A stretch of DNA of 61,409 bases, counting the filler, from Basidiobolus ranarum (Eukaryota): assembly GCA_040143965.1 (NCBI GenBank). It is 7 parts of 7 records of this genome, joined end to end, with 100 filler letters (N's around TTAATTAATTAA, not from the genome) between each part and the next. Parts side by side here need not be neighbours in the genome. Positions count along the whole stretch, not along the records: positions 1 to 8,711 come from JASJQH010000935.1; positions 8,812 to 17,512 come from JASJQH010000936.1; 5 more parts are not named here. The stretch is one strand, 5' to 3'. Below the pieces are notes generated by a model. That model worked only from the letters and a program-made list of their open reading frames with translations, was not told where the DNA came from and made no database searches. Made by a program: the position numbers and the translations under genes. The first letter of the stretch is position 1. Every line of letters starts with the position of its first letter. Of this stretch, positions 1 through 12,951 are shown piece after piece.

Positions 1-401
1 AATTGGACTGGAAATAGGTTGAATCTCGAAAAAATACTAAACAAAAGAATCCCTTTACAAAAAGAAAACTTCAATCTTATTAAAGACTCTATCAATGAAC
101 GAAGTGAGTAACACTCCGCAGTCGATATATTATAGGAAAAAAAATTCCTAGATCTATGTTGAGCACTGTTGAAAGTATCCCATTTTAATTAGGGGAATTT
201 GGATCTGGCTCGATGAGATATTGTTGGGTAGCTCATTTTATCATTTACTTAAATTCCCCAATTTACAAAATCTTGATGATAATATTAACGTATCAAATAT
301 GGAGAAACCCCCATCATATATTTGATTATTCCAATTCCAATCAACCTCCGAAGATTTTTTCTGTTGTACAACATAAACAAATATTGGCGATCACTTGGTA
401 G

Positions 402-1017
402 TTGTAAGAATGTGGGACTTATCCACTACTGACCGAAGGCAGCTCTACATGTCGGTGGAGCGTTCCTTCCAAGTAGCCTATTGAACACTGTATTTTCTCT
501 TCCTTTATCTATGAGTCAGGGGTGTACACATTCGAAATCAAATACAATATCCTGATCTTATGTTAGATTTTAATAAAGGAATTGAAAGTTTCATTTTTTC
601 CACTTCCACTCGTATTCCGATCTTACACTCAATCAGGATTGAACCCTGGTGGAGTCCTGCAAGGTGGATTGGTTGCCCGATGGACTGCGGGTGAATTGTA
701 TTGTATAGACTAGCGCTCTTCGAAATGGATGGGAGCACCAAAAAATCTGAATGAAGTTTGCACTACATAACATTCTTTTCGTTCCACCCTACACATACTT
801 TTTTGCTAGATTTGATCTGCTTAACTATGGGAGGTATACAGATATCGATGAAATGAAATCACGCGAATTCATTTGTCCCACTGTTGAATGCATCCCTCAT
901 GAGTTGAAATGTTGGCCTTTATTTTGGACTCGACAAAGTGAAGAAAAGAACGCCACTAAACTTTGACTTGACTAATTTACAGGCTTTGATGGCATCGGAT
1001 GTGAAGACAAGGACTGA
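402..1017 (+). CDS. 3' part of a multi-exon hypothetical protein (missed by the ORF track; 5' exons unresolved)
   Basis: Four GT..AG introns give an open frame VRMWDLSTTDRRQLYMGVHIRNQIQYPDLMIEPWWSPARWIGCPMDCGFDLLNYGRYTDIDEMKSREFICPTVECIPHELKCFDGIGCEDKD ending TGA 1015-1017; the last intron has an ACTAAT branch and TTTACAG acceptor. Confidence 0.55.
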
Positions 1018-1263
1018 ATTTCAATGACACTAAACATGCGAGTCGTAGATGAAATCATTTGTGGAAATTTGGCGTTCATTTGTCAACGGATTATTAGGTA
1101 AAATGGGAAAAGCGACGGTTGTGAGACAAAAAGGCAAAGTTGTGAAGGCGAACGCTTTTCACAAAAATATAAACTAGGGAAATTCTACAAGGACAATGTT
1201 AAGGATATAGTAAATTGGGGTGTGCTTCTCTGTGATGGAGAAGTCTCGTCAGGAATGGGCACA

Positions 1264-3012
1264 TCAGATATTCATAGAAACTGTACGTTTACGAAAGAAC
1301 TTCTTGGTGCTACTCAGAATTCCCTTTTTTTCTTTGGTGGGTGAAAGGTCTGGTTGATCTACTAATGTGGAAGTTGACCTAGTTGGGGTGATCTGATCAC
1401 TGGACGCGGAGCGCCTCTTGGGAGAAGTCGAACTGTGCTGGAATAATCCAGTGGCACTTCGAGTAAGACTTTTTACTGGCCTTTTTAAGGAGTTCATCAG
1501 TCCTTTTTTCTTTTTTTCGGAGGTGCTTGAGGCTTCAGATACAGGAGTACGCTGTATATCTAGAGATTTACTAGCTTTATGATGGGAACTACGTCTGACA
1601 TCAGCATCTGAAGTTAAAGATATTATACTATTTTTGGTGCTGGTTTGCGAATTATTGGAGAAGTTGCGTCGGTGTGGTAGCGGAGTGGTGGGTTGACTGA
1701 CTGATTGAAGACTGCCAATGGTATGAATACTGTTACTGCTTTTTTCCGGTGTTGTTGAATCGCTCCCTTCGTTAAGATTCAGCGAATCTTCCTTTGTCTC
1801 TTCGGCGATCGATGGAAGCTGATCTTTGACGGATTCAAAGGGATATTCCTCAAATGGGTAATAAGAGGACGATGGCTCCACTAAGGTAGTTCCGTCAAAA
1901 GTATTGGATCCAGAACTAGATAAATCAATATTCTCGGATTCAAAGCTATCTTCTACTGATGATTCAAAAACTGTATCTAGAGGAGATTCACACCAGAAGG
2001 GGTTGGAGCTATCGAACTCTGGAGACAAGGTAGTGTATTTATTCTGTTTTGGTTGCTCCAATTGTTTACCATTCTTCAACTCATGGATCGGAAGTTGTAC
2101 TGGTACATGCTTCTTTTGATTCAAGTCCTCTTCTGCTTTCTCTTTCATCGTAGGGAAAAGATCTTCCTCTAGTTGGTCTCTTAAAGCATGTTGAGATGAG
2201 ACTATCTGATTATCTATAGTACGAGGTTCATGGTCGCTAATGAAGGATGGTGGATCGATTACAGTACTCTCAGGGCTCTTACTGTCAGATTCTTCATCTC
2301 CATCAGCCACATTTTTCACAGTATTGTTACTTTCTCGGGTTGGTTCATCAAACGTATCAATGGTATCCAGTGGCGAATCTGGTTGTGCAATTGGCGGCGG
2401 TTTGTTGGAATGATCCTCGGACTCTGTAGGAGTTAACGATCCTGATACAGGGGGGCTGGTGTGGGGTGAAGGAGCATTGGTAGATCTTGGTAATTTACTT
2501 CTATCTAGTCGTAATATAAGGAAATCTTCTTTTTGAGCCTCCAGATTCTCTTTTTCTATCAGTAATCGATTCTCAGATAATTGAATCGGATCCATTTCTT
2601 GTTCAGTTTTCAGATATAATCTAACTTGTGCTCCTTCGCCGTCTTCTTCGCAGGTCTCCTCTTCCTCAATAGTTTCTTGAGTAGTGTGAGTTGGGAACTC
2701 AGGAATAGACACTTTGCTTGACACTCGAGTTAGCTTCACTATACGTTGACTAGATCTTCTGCATTTACATTGCTTTCGCTCTTTTTTACATCTACACCAA
2801 TGTGGCTTCTGAGTGATAAGATAGCGGCCACTCTTTAGGCTCAAATAGAAAGCTCCCTCGCGTATCAATGTAGCATAGCGATAAATTCGCTGTTGGAGGA
2901 AATTAGCAGTATTTGCTGTGCCTAATATTCCAACTCCAATGCTGACACCAATTCCAGTCCCTTCTCCGTTACGTGGAGCTGCACTGGTTCTTCGAAATCC
3001 GTAAGAAAACAT
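1264..3012 (-). CDS. Hypothetical 582-aa protein, mostly Ser/Thr/Glu-rich low complexity with a short hydrophobic Gly-rich N-terminal segment
   Basis: Long uninterrupted ORF with ATG at 3012; no recognisable domain. Confidence 0.8.
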   Translation of the reverse strand: MFSYGFRRTSAAPRNGEGTGIGVSIGVGILGTANTANFLQQRIYRYATLIREGAFYLSLKSGRYLITQKPHWCRCKKERKQCKCRRSSQRIVKLTRVSSKVSIPEFPTHTTQETIEEEETCEEDGEGAQVRLYLKTEQEMDPIQLSENRLLIEKENLEAQKEDFLILRLDRSKLPRSTNAPSPHTSPPVSGSLTPTESEDHSNKPPPIAQPDSPLDTIDTFDEPTRESNNTVKNVADGDEESDSKSPESTVIDPPSFISDHEPRTIDNQIVSSQHALRDQLEEDLFPTMKEKAEEDLNQKKHVPVQLPIHELKNGKQLEQPKQNKYTTLSPEFDSSNPFWCESPLDTVFESSVEDSFESENIDLSSSGSNTFDGTTLVEPSSSYYPFEEYPFESVKDQLPSIAEETKEDSLNLNEGSDSTTPEKSSNSIHTIGSLQSVSQPTTPLPHRRNFSNNSQTSTKNSIISLTSDADVRRSSHHKASKSLDIQRTPVSEASSTSEKKKKGLMNSLKRPVKSLTRSATGLFQHSSTSPKRRSASSDQITPTRSTSTLVDQPDLSPTKEKKGILSSTKKFFRKRTVSMNI

Positions 3013-5895
3013 CGGTTGAGAAAAGTACTTGGATAGCTCGGTCCTTTATGAAAAATAGAGAGACTCGCAATAAACAAGAACTATCTAAATACCTCTTAAA
3101 AATCAATTGTTTAGATAGATTGATACGTACGTACGTATATATATATTTCCACTCTCTGGCTAATGCGAATAGGTGAGGATAGGAATGGGTAAATCAATGA
3201 AGATGATTTTTCCTACCAGAATGGTATTGAGAATGCCCTCGTATGAAGTAAAATGAATCAGTAGCAGATAAGTTCTCTCTCTCTTTCTCTAATAAGTTCA
3301 GTAGTTAATGGCTCTTAAATAGGGAAGCCAATTCGTTGTTGTCCAATAATAATTCGTGGCGAGGAATTTTTGAGGGATACAAAACCATCAAGAAAGTCAA
3401 TCCTTGAAATACACAAAGTGTTCGATGGGTCACAGCCTTCCACTGACTTTGGCACCTCAAACTATTCTTGGAAATGAAACAAGGAGAGGAGGAAAGTTAG
3501 AGGAAAAGAGCTTGATAGAGCCAACGAGCAAGAGGTAAAAAAGGGGGAACGAATGGAGCAGATAGGTCTTATATGGTTCCAAATGTAAGTACAGCAGCCT
3601 GCACACAAGAATTTCACACCCGTGGTATCCGCACCCTAAAATCAACTTTGTGGAGCGTGCGCAAATGAAATGTGTGGGAAACGGATTGATTTGGTAATAG
3701 GTATAATTGAAATGCTCAAATATAGATTAAGTGATATTCTTTTCACAAATGATGAATCCCTTTCTTGGAACTTGAATAGCACAAGTCTTAGCAGAACATT
3801 ACTCTACAGCAAAGTTTCAAATGGAGAGAGTTCACCCTCCCCAAAAAGCTTAATTATAAGGAAGACTGAACAATCTTGGCTTTTGACCCGGAAGTTTTGC
3901 CTCTACGACGCAACTTACATTGGGGAGGTCGAAGTGCAGTTAAGAAAAGGACTTTATACATACACATCTCGCCATTTGCATCTTGACCTACATCAATCAA
4001 CATCAATGTTACTTGAGATACTTTCATTCTGTTTTAAGAATTCTCCTTGATGTGGCGAGCTCGTCATCGGCTGTGTGCATGACATCTACATATCATTGGG
4101 GCTGAGTTTGGAAGAAACATCCCTGGAAACATTGTTCAAGGGTGGTTGTATTCACCAACCTCGCATCATTTCACAGCTGAGGGACGGCACTGGAAATTCA
4201 TCCCAGAAGCCACGTGTCTACGCAGGATCTTCGATGATTATTAAATCCGGCTATTTCAAAGCGATATGAAGCGATCAAATCCTATTGAAGGTGTGAGGGT
4301 TTCCCAATGGGCAATACTACTGTAATCACTGATTTCCCCAACAGAATCACACCCAGAGTTACTTATCCATGATAACTCCACCCCATACACGCTACACACG
4401 CCTAGATAATTATGAATTAACTAATAGTATTATTAGTCATCTTATTGCTCGTAATCAGGATGTGTCACTATCGGTGGTTATAGTAGTCCGCAAGACGAGC
4501 TGGCTCTCTGCCTGTTTCTGATCTTGTTCTAAGAGATGTATATGTACATTATTGAGCCATTACTTGGATCGTTTTTGATCAAGTATTTAAGTGCTTAGAT
4601 GGCTTCATTTCAATCAACACTTCATGATACACAGATCTCGCATCATATCAAATACTTAACATTAGCACCTCATCAGACACCATAAGGCAAATGTAGATTT
4701 CCCTACTCATACTCATTTTGTATGTTTTGTTACCGCATATTACTTCAAAACTAATACCCCAAAGTTTGATAAACTTCAAAAACCCAAGCTACTATGAATT
4801 TCTTCACTCACTTGAATTCGTGTTGTTGTTGTTCACAGCATATACCAGCTTCTAAACAGAGGCATGAGGCTATATTATGCCTCAATATACCTATCCTTTA
4901 TAGTGGCAATGAGAAAAACTTATATTGTTTACATGGCTCTATGTACTTTGGAATTGTCCTTGCGAGTCTTTGGTATAGTTTTGAGCAGATAGCTATATTC
5001 ATGCGTTTTGAAAACTGGTTTATTTTATCTTTCATTCTGAAGGAGAGCTATATTCCAACAAGATGTAATATAAGGTAAAATATATATTGGAAATATCAAA
5101 GTTGAGTCCATATGTTTCCTAGCGCGGTAAAGGGAATTTTAGAGGATATTTCCCATTTTGTTGAAAACACTTCGCAACCCAATTATGTATGGTGTAAAAC
5201 TCATCTTTGTAAGACTGATATTTCTTTAAAGTATTAACCAGCTGTGTTAACTCTAATACTTTACGTCTAATTGTTACTTCAATTACTATCAGATATAATG
5301 ATTAGTGCTCTGAGTCTACGTGGTTAAATCTCCAATTGATAGATGTGTTAATACCATGAATCTATAAAGCGATTAATGTAACTTGATATTTATTTGACTT
5401 ACAATAATAGGCCCTGGGCGCAATCAATAGTAAAAGATCCAATACATATTTGGCATCTGTAAAAGAGAAAAGATTGACTTTTAACCCCATTGGCAAACTG
5501 CAAGCAGAAGGTCATAGAACTCTTCTAAATGAATGCATGTACTTTCGATGTCAAAAACCAATTGATAATGTAAATTTCCAATGAAAATCGATCAATTTGT
5601 AATATCGGAGAAGCAGCCGATCTTACATCTAAATGGAAAACCCTGTATTTTCCTGATATTTGCATGTTCTATATAGATATTCCAATATTAAGGTTTGATA
5701 TTATATGCCGTTATCGACATCGTATTATAAATATAATATGAATATGTGGCATATTTTGGTGGAACCTTTGGCTATTCAAAGAAATATGTGGCAAAACTCT
5801 GCTATCGCAACACCTCCGAGTGGTATTGGAGTATGTTAAAATTGGAATTTATCAAACATATCTTTTGATGCTGAACTCTAGGATTTCCATTATTT

Positions 5896-6945
5896 ATGGC
5901 TTTGTTTTTCTCTGTGGATGCCCTAAGACTATTGGATGGTGAATATGGACTAGAATACCTAGCAAAGTGGCAAGGTATTCAATTCTGCCATAGACATGGC
6001 GAATATTAATTAAAAACGAACTCCATCAGGATGAATTCAGGCTTCTAAGCTGGTTTAAACTACTATTGCCCTTGCAAGAATGGCTTAACAGAATACAACA
6101 TATGCTTGCATTAAATTCATCATACATGCTACATTAGGTAAACTACGCCAATGTGGAGGCTAGTACCCATGTAATCCAAATCAACATTTAAAGAATCACG
6201 TTGAGCATACAGAAACAATCATTACTATTTTGAATTTACTACTGATGTTACAGTATGCGCAAAATTACCTAACGTCTCTCCAATGGTTTCCTCCACTTGA
6301 AATATAACTATGCTAATGCTTTTTTCACTTCTAATCGGAATGTAATGCTTATTTCTAATTCCAGCCGTAATCAATCATGAAGAAAAACATCCATCTCGTG
6401 CCCTAAACCATGATCCTAAAACCTACAATTGGTAGAAGCCAATTATATCCACTACCACTATTGCGTCCTTTATCTGGAAATAAAGAATTCGATATCTGAA
6501 CTTTCATTCGTAACAGTGCAAAAAAATTACTCAACTTAACCTTGGATAACTGAAACTATTTTATTGGAGCTTTTGGTGGATCTGAATACTATGCCTTTTC
6601 TCAGCATTCTCGGGATCTATTCAAAATAAAGATGACTTGTGCAATGCTAAGTAAAATGTGGATTAAAGGCACACATATCATGTATGAGTTAATGGAGGGG
6701 AAAGTAGTCACAAAAACTGGTATTGATTCTCGAGTGGTATAACCAATTTCGCCAAAACAATGCCACGTGTGGGCATTGAATGGATTTAGGACAAATGGAG
6801 GTATTCGCTTTTGATTTCTTAAATTGAAAAGGCATCCATACATGAACTGAAGAAAAATCATGATATGGTTACATTGGTAAATATATCTATAGCAGATGAT
6901 ACAGCGCTCACTCATGAAGCAATTGGAACAAAACCATTAAAAATA
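5896..6945 (+). mobile_element. Decayed element with chromodomain-like and tyrosine-recombinase-like (Crypton/DIRS-type) remnants
   Basis: FSVDAL..EYLAKWQG (chromo-like) near 5910-5975; one frame ~6590-6940 reads AFSQHSR..KTG..CHVWAL..GFRTNGG..W..MIQRSL with stops; AT-rich context. Confidence 0.4.
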
Positions 6946-7088
6946 TGGGAATCATGATATAAATATTGGACTCTTATATTGTTATATTTGGAGCAGATGA
7001 TCAACTTTGACCTTCCAAATCACACGCAAACAATCATCAATGCTGCCAATTTGACACACTCTGTTGGTACTGTAGATTAAGTAGCTTC

Positions 7089-7409
7089 TGCTAAGTATTT
7101 TGGGAGTTATTGGAAGTGGTTTTTCGAATTAGAAGAATTAGTGGCTTTCACTTATTGATTTATTGAGTAGAAAGTTGACATTTATAGTTTTGTCAAGATG
7201 TAAACAAATAAACATGTAAAATGTGTTAAGGAAGGTCCCAGGAACATGTGTGCAAAGTATGTGTGCAAAGTCTGGGGCTTTGAAAAATCTATATATCTGA
7301 GAACTTCTAAGTAAATTCCTTTAGAGGTGATATCTTAGTGAAATGTGGAATAACTAAATACTAGGCTACATATGACTATATAGGTGTTTAGGCAACGCTG
7401 ATTTTATCA
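7089..7409 (-). repeat. Solo LTR (copy 1 of a ~320-bp family)
   Basis: Reverse-complement similarity to 33816-34135, 36823-37159 and 37385-37692; TG..CA ends; perfect 5-bp flanking duplication GCTTC (7084-7088, 7410-7414). Confidence 0.85.
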
Positions 7410-8711
7410 GCTTCATATGCTACTACAGATCTACTACTAACACAATATCATCAAATATGCCTTATCTCTAGTCAATGAGTATTGGAAGTAATTGGCAGCA
7501 ATGTATCGCAAGCAGTATCATTGAAATATATGTATTTTTTGGCAACAATTTTATATTTAGATATGGTTCCATATCTTTTGATTGCTTGAACCTGAGGCAT
7601 ATTTTCTGAATTCATCAGCTGATCAAAAGTAATCAAAGAGATTGGGCTTTGCGGTCTTAAGAATTATGGCAAGCTATTAATACCAGATTCATGTTGAATT
7701 TGAAATGATATCGAACTAATGGCCATTGGAGATTCTTCAATTCAACTAACAAAGCTGGATACATCATACGCACTAGTAAAAGCACATTGTTTCCCATGAA
7801 AAAGCTTGGAACTGATAAGCAAAAACTTGTTTTTCAATCAAATGAATGGGGTCATATAAAGTGTATAGATTAACTTTTTAATAGATTTAACACACTACAT
7901 GATGGAAAAAATCGGCCAAAAACCATTTATCTTGTTCCTTGTTAAATCAACCACAGCTACTAGAAAACTTCCAAAACAGTTTTCCTCTTCGGTGGACAAG
8001 ATTTGTGATGTATTTTGACAATTTGGTATTCTACCTGTATTCAGGCGATATATCTAGAATCTAAGCTTGACTTCTACACTCAAGTTATGTATGGAGGGTT
8101 TTATGTGGAACACTCAGAAGTAATGAAAAATAGAAAAGTGAATACTCAAAAATATTTTTAAGTAGGAAATGTGGATCCAACAAGGAGTTTTTTGAACACA
8201 GATTTGACATCTCAATATATAACATCTAGCAGCTTCAGGGATCACCTGCACGCAATATATTTGATTGTTACATAATGAGTATTTTGACAAGTTAATTCAC
8301 AACTTGCAAGAGACTACAGAATTTCAATTCTTTAGTAAACAAGGCTCTATATATTCACATTTTTAGCCGTTGGAACTCCATGATTCCTATACACCAAAAA
8401 GTACTTTATTGTCAGATGACCCATGATAGTATTTGTAGTATATTGAAGTTAATAGTGTGAATCGTACTGGATCTAGTGAGATGAATCTTACAAGAGTAAC
8501 CATTATAAATAAAATCAAACTTTTAAGCTGTTACAGGTCCTCATTTGCACGTTCCCTAGTCTTTGTATTACTCTATCAGTACAACCATTATGGGGCTTTT
8601 AAAAAGGCAATTATTCAACCGGATCACATTCTTTGGTTGACAAATTGACAACTCTTTCCATTTGTTTACTATTAATGGCAGTGTTGAAAATGAAGGGAAT
8701 ATACTTGGAGA

Positions 8712-8811
8712 NNNNNNNNNNNNNNNNNNNNNNNNNNNNNNNNNNNNNNNNNNNNTTAATTAATTAANNNNNNNNNNNNNNNNNNNNNNNNNNNNNNNNN
8801 NNNNNNNNNNN
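8712..8811. other. Artificial contig spacer
   Basis: N44-TTAATTAATTAA-N44, stops in all six frames. Confidence 0.98.
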
Positions 8812-9442
8812 ATATCGAGACCTAGAGTCGCGTCGGTGGGGTGACATGTGGCCCTCTAGCCTTCATATAGCTAGCAGGACGATGAGCTTGATGGGGGCAT
8901 CTCGAGTTAGCAACATATTGCGGCTGGGGTTTTAGTATATGCAAGATACTCCATGCTCATTATTGATTATTAGCGTGTCAAAGGACCCTGATGTGAACGT
9001 GGGGATTTTATTTGCTATAACTGATATTTGGCCCATTCATTTGGAAATAGTGATTATTTCCGTGCATTTTTCTCATTTAATTATGCATATCTCCTACGAA
9101 ATAGTCTCGTTTTTAGTAAAGTCATTTCATTTGCTGGTAAGAAAGATGACCTGACGCCTGCGCAGTGCTTTGTTATCCTCTGCTACAATTTAGTACAGTG
9201 CGCTCACCTTGGAAGTGAAAGCGACTTTTGAATAAATCCTTTTGCTTTCTTATTCTTCAACATATTTAGTGACTTATATTTCCTCATATTACTTAGCTTA
9301 CTTATTGTTCCATAAGGAACTTTCTTCCAATATTCTTGATCGTTGATTCCTATATTTTTTTTTGCTTTTCAACTATACTTTCTTACTCTGGACTTATTTC
9401 GAACCAACTATTCACCTTTATTAATACTACAAGCCTTCGATA

Positions 9443-11847
9443 ATGGGTGCTTGCTCGAGTTGCTGTCTTGGTAGTATGTTAAACGGTTATTTTCGTTTTC
9501 ATTGATTTCATCTAATTTACTGGGTTCGTTCTTCAAACCTAGATAAACAAAGAACAGGCCTCTATGAACCCTTACTTCAAGAGAATGAACGTGAAGCGGT
9601 GGCAGATTTACTTCAATACCTAGATAGTATGTGTACTTTTTTATTCTTCTCCTACTCAATATTCCTATATCAACCATGCTTCGGATATACTAGGTCGAAC
9701 TAGGGGAGATACGAATTTTTTCGAAGGAGATCCTTTAAGAGCTCTATCAACCCTCGCTTTTTCCGATAATTTAGATCTTCAGCGTTCTGCTGCTCTTGCT
9801 TTCGCAGAAATCACTGAAAAAGGTTTGGGAAATATAGTTGCCTTTGAAAACACTTTGGAGGGTTTTGGGAATTTTTGGAATAACGGTGAAATGTTTTTCT
9901 TTTGCCTGCAGACTCTCGTGAGGTATCTAGGGAGGCTCTGGAACCTATTATGTTCCTTCTTCAGTCCCCTGATGTTGAGGTTCAACGAGCTGCCTCTGCT
10001 TCTTTGGGTAATCTCGCCGTAAATAGTAAGTCATATATATGTGGGGTTAATAGGTCTCTATTTATCTAACCGGTGATGAATATTCCCTTTCATTAGCTGA
10101 AAATAAACTTTTAATCGTAAGAATGGGTGGTCTTGAGCCACTTATTCGTCAAATGCTCTCCCCCAACGTAGAAGTTCAATGTAATGCTGTCGGTTGCATC
10201 ACCAATCTTGCTACTCATGGTAAGTCCATACGATAGTTATGCCCGTGGTGAAAATCCGACTCCTCCAAATGGTCACTGAACAATATTCCCTTCCTCGTTT
10301 AGATGAAAATAAAGCTAAAATCGCTCGTAGTGGTGCGCTTATACCTTTAACGAAACTCGCACGCTACAAGGATATGCGGGTTCAAAGAAATGCCACCGGC
10401 GCTCTACTCAATATGACTCATTCGAGTATGTTTCTTAAACTACCATACATTTGTGTTTCCAAATCTAACCCAGATATCTTTGGTAGTCGAGAATCGGCAA
10501 CAGCTTGTTAATGCTGGGGCTATCCCAGTTCTGGTTAGCCTTTTAAACTCACCAGATACGGACGTTCAATATTATTGTACAACAGCGTTAAGCAATATTG
10601 CTGTAGACAGTAACTATGCGTTTACATATCTCCTGTAATTCTAAACTCTCCTACTAATTACATGTCGTATTTGTTTGTAGTTGAAAATCGGAAGAAATTA
10701 ACTCAGTCTGAGACTCGTCTAGTCAACTCTCTTATTGGACTTATGGAGTCCACCTCACTCAAAGTCCAATGCCAAGCCGCTTTGGCACTTAGAAATCTAG
10801 CCTCTGATGGTTAGTCACTTTCGATCACAACTCTTCCCCTCCCCTCGTAAATAGGTCTAATGCATTTGTCATCCATAGAAAAATATCAACTTGATATTGT
10901 CCGTTCAGGAGGTTTGCCTCCATTACTTCGTCTCCTCCAATCATCGTTCCTTCCCTTGATCCTTTCTTCTGTCGCTTGTATTCGCAATCTATCGATTCAT
11001 CCTCAAAACGAGGCGCCTATAATTAATGCGGGATTTGTTGGACCGCTCGTAGAGCTTTTGGGATATGATGAGAACGAGGAGGTACAAATCCATGCCACTA
11101 GTACACTTCGAAATTTGGCAGCTAGTTCAGAAAAGAATAAGAAGGTTATTGTCGATGCTGGAGCGGTTGAGAAGATTAAGGATTTGGTATTGGAATCCCC
11201 GGTTGCAGTTCAAAGTGAAATGACCGCTGCCATCGCCGTTCTTGCTTTAAGTGGTAAGTCTCTCGCACTATATAAGTTGGAATGAGATGTTGTCGGTCCA
11301 CATAAATTGATACATATCTATACTATAGATGAGCTAAAGAGTGTCATGCTTAACAAGAGTATATTCAGCGCGCTAATCCCCTTGACCCACTCCGACAATC
11401 CTGAAGTTAAAGGTAACACCGCTGCTGCCATTGGTAACTTGTGTACCAAGGTAGATGACATCACCCCTTTTCTGAATGCTTGGGAGGAGCCATCTGGTGG
11501 CCTTCATCAGTATCTGGCGCAATTCTTGAAAAGTAAAGATACTACATTTCAGCATATCGCAGTTTGGACCATTGTTCAGTTCTTAGATATGAAGGGTATG
11601 GTTATTTTGTCTGAGCGATCGATTGTTCACTAGCGTATTTACTCACTGTCTTCCACTTGTAGATGCCAATCTTACTCAAAAGATTGCCGAGTCGAGTTCA
11701 CTTACCTCTCTTGTTAAATCATTGGCTAGTCAAGCCCCTGACACGGAGTTATCTTCCACTAACACGGATGACGCTGGTGACGAAACGGAGATCTCAGCCC
11801 TTGCCAAAAGAGTACTTAATATCATTGAGTCAAGTGTTTCCCAATAG
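9443..11847 (+). CDS. VAC8: Vacuolar protein 8 (armadillo-repeat protein), multi-exon
   Basis: N-terminus MGACSSCCL (myristoyl/palmitoyl motif), [67 protein letters not shown] introns. Confidence 0.97.
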
Positions 11848-12604
11848 GATTCATCTTTCACTCATTTTCAGCTCTATTATCGAGATAATTTTCTATGTTG
11901 CACCCGGTCTGGGAGGTGAGGGGGAAGGGAGTTTCTTTGCAAGAGAATGAAAAGGAATTCCAAAGGAATGTTTTTGACTCACATAATTAAAGCCATTATC
12001 ACTTAGGATCTTCAGTAAGAATATTATGTGTGGATTTTCCTATTGATTTTCTTTCACCTCGTTAAGCTCTTATATATACTCTTTTTCCTTCCCATTTATT
12101 GTTAATTTTAAACCAAGTAAAATGGCCCCGTATTTCACCAAAGTACTTTAGATTCACTTGTGCCTCCCGAGCTATCTACACTATTCATGGAACTTTCATG
12201 TTCTCTCACCACGCTTCAAATATAATGACTAGGAATTCATATGTACGTGACTCGACTGCAATGCTAATAACTTCATATAACGTGGTTCATCATTATAGTA
12301 TATTTCTTTTGCGGTGAGATGAGATGGTACCAAGTTCATTCAGCTTGCCATACATACTTTTCATTTTGAGGTTATGATTCTTGATATTGTCCATTAATAG
12401 GGGGAATAATGATTGCATCGTTGGTAGTAATGAATGGTTGGATGGATACATCCAAAGTCTTCGATATCATCATGGCCAGTTGGAGGTAGGAGATGGGATT
12501 TCTTGCTATTTTATTCTCTAAAGTAACATAGCCCATTGCTCACGGAGATCCGCTCTCTTACAAATGGTTAAAAGTACAGGGAATACATTGGAATGAGTTG
12601 AAAC

Positions 12605-12951
12605 TTAGGATTCCATCAATTCACGGAGACGACGAACGGTACTACGAACAGTGGCAGCAGCAGTGGTAGACACAGTCCATGCACCACCTGCCATCACCTT
12701 GGCACATCCACCACACTTCCAAATACCAACTGCTTGACGTTTAACCGAGTCTTTACCACAGAAGGTACATGTGTATTTGGCATGTTGAGTGATTTCCATT
12801 TTCTTCACTTGCTTACGAAGGGAAGCACCATAACGTGTACCATACTTACCAACCACTCCAACCTTTTTAGTACGCTTGGCCTAATAGAGAAAATGTAGAC
12901 ATTAGATGGATGCTAACCTTCCCTTATAATTTCATAAAATTTCCATACCAT
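12605..12951 (-). CDS. RPL43: 60S ribosomal protein eL43 (L37a)
   Basis: ATG 12951-12949, intron 12948-12881, then [23 protein letters not shown]...CTFCG...WKC zinc finger. Confidence 0.98.

Noticed and set aside
8756..8767. Regularly spaced TTAATTAATTAA palindrome as a biological repeat
   Set aside because: Always embedded in N runs of fixed length; it is an assembly linker
8812..8930. Possible minus-strand gene start (MSPHRRDSRSRY) at the contig edge
   Set aside because: Only about 12 codons visible; cannot be supported
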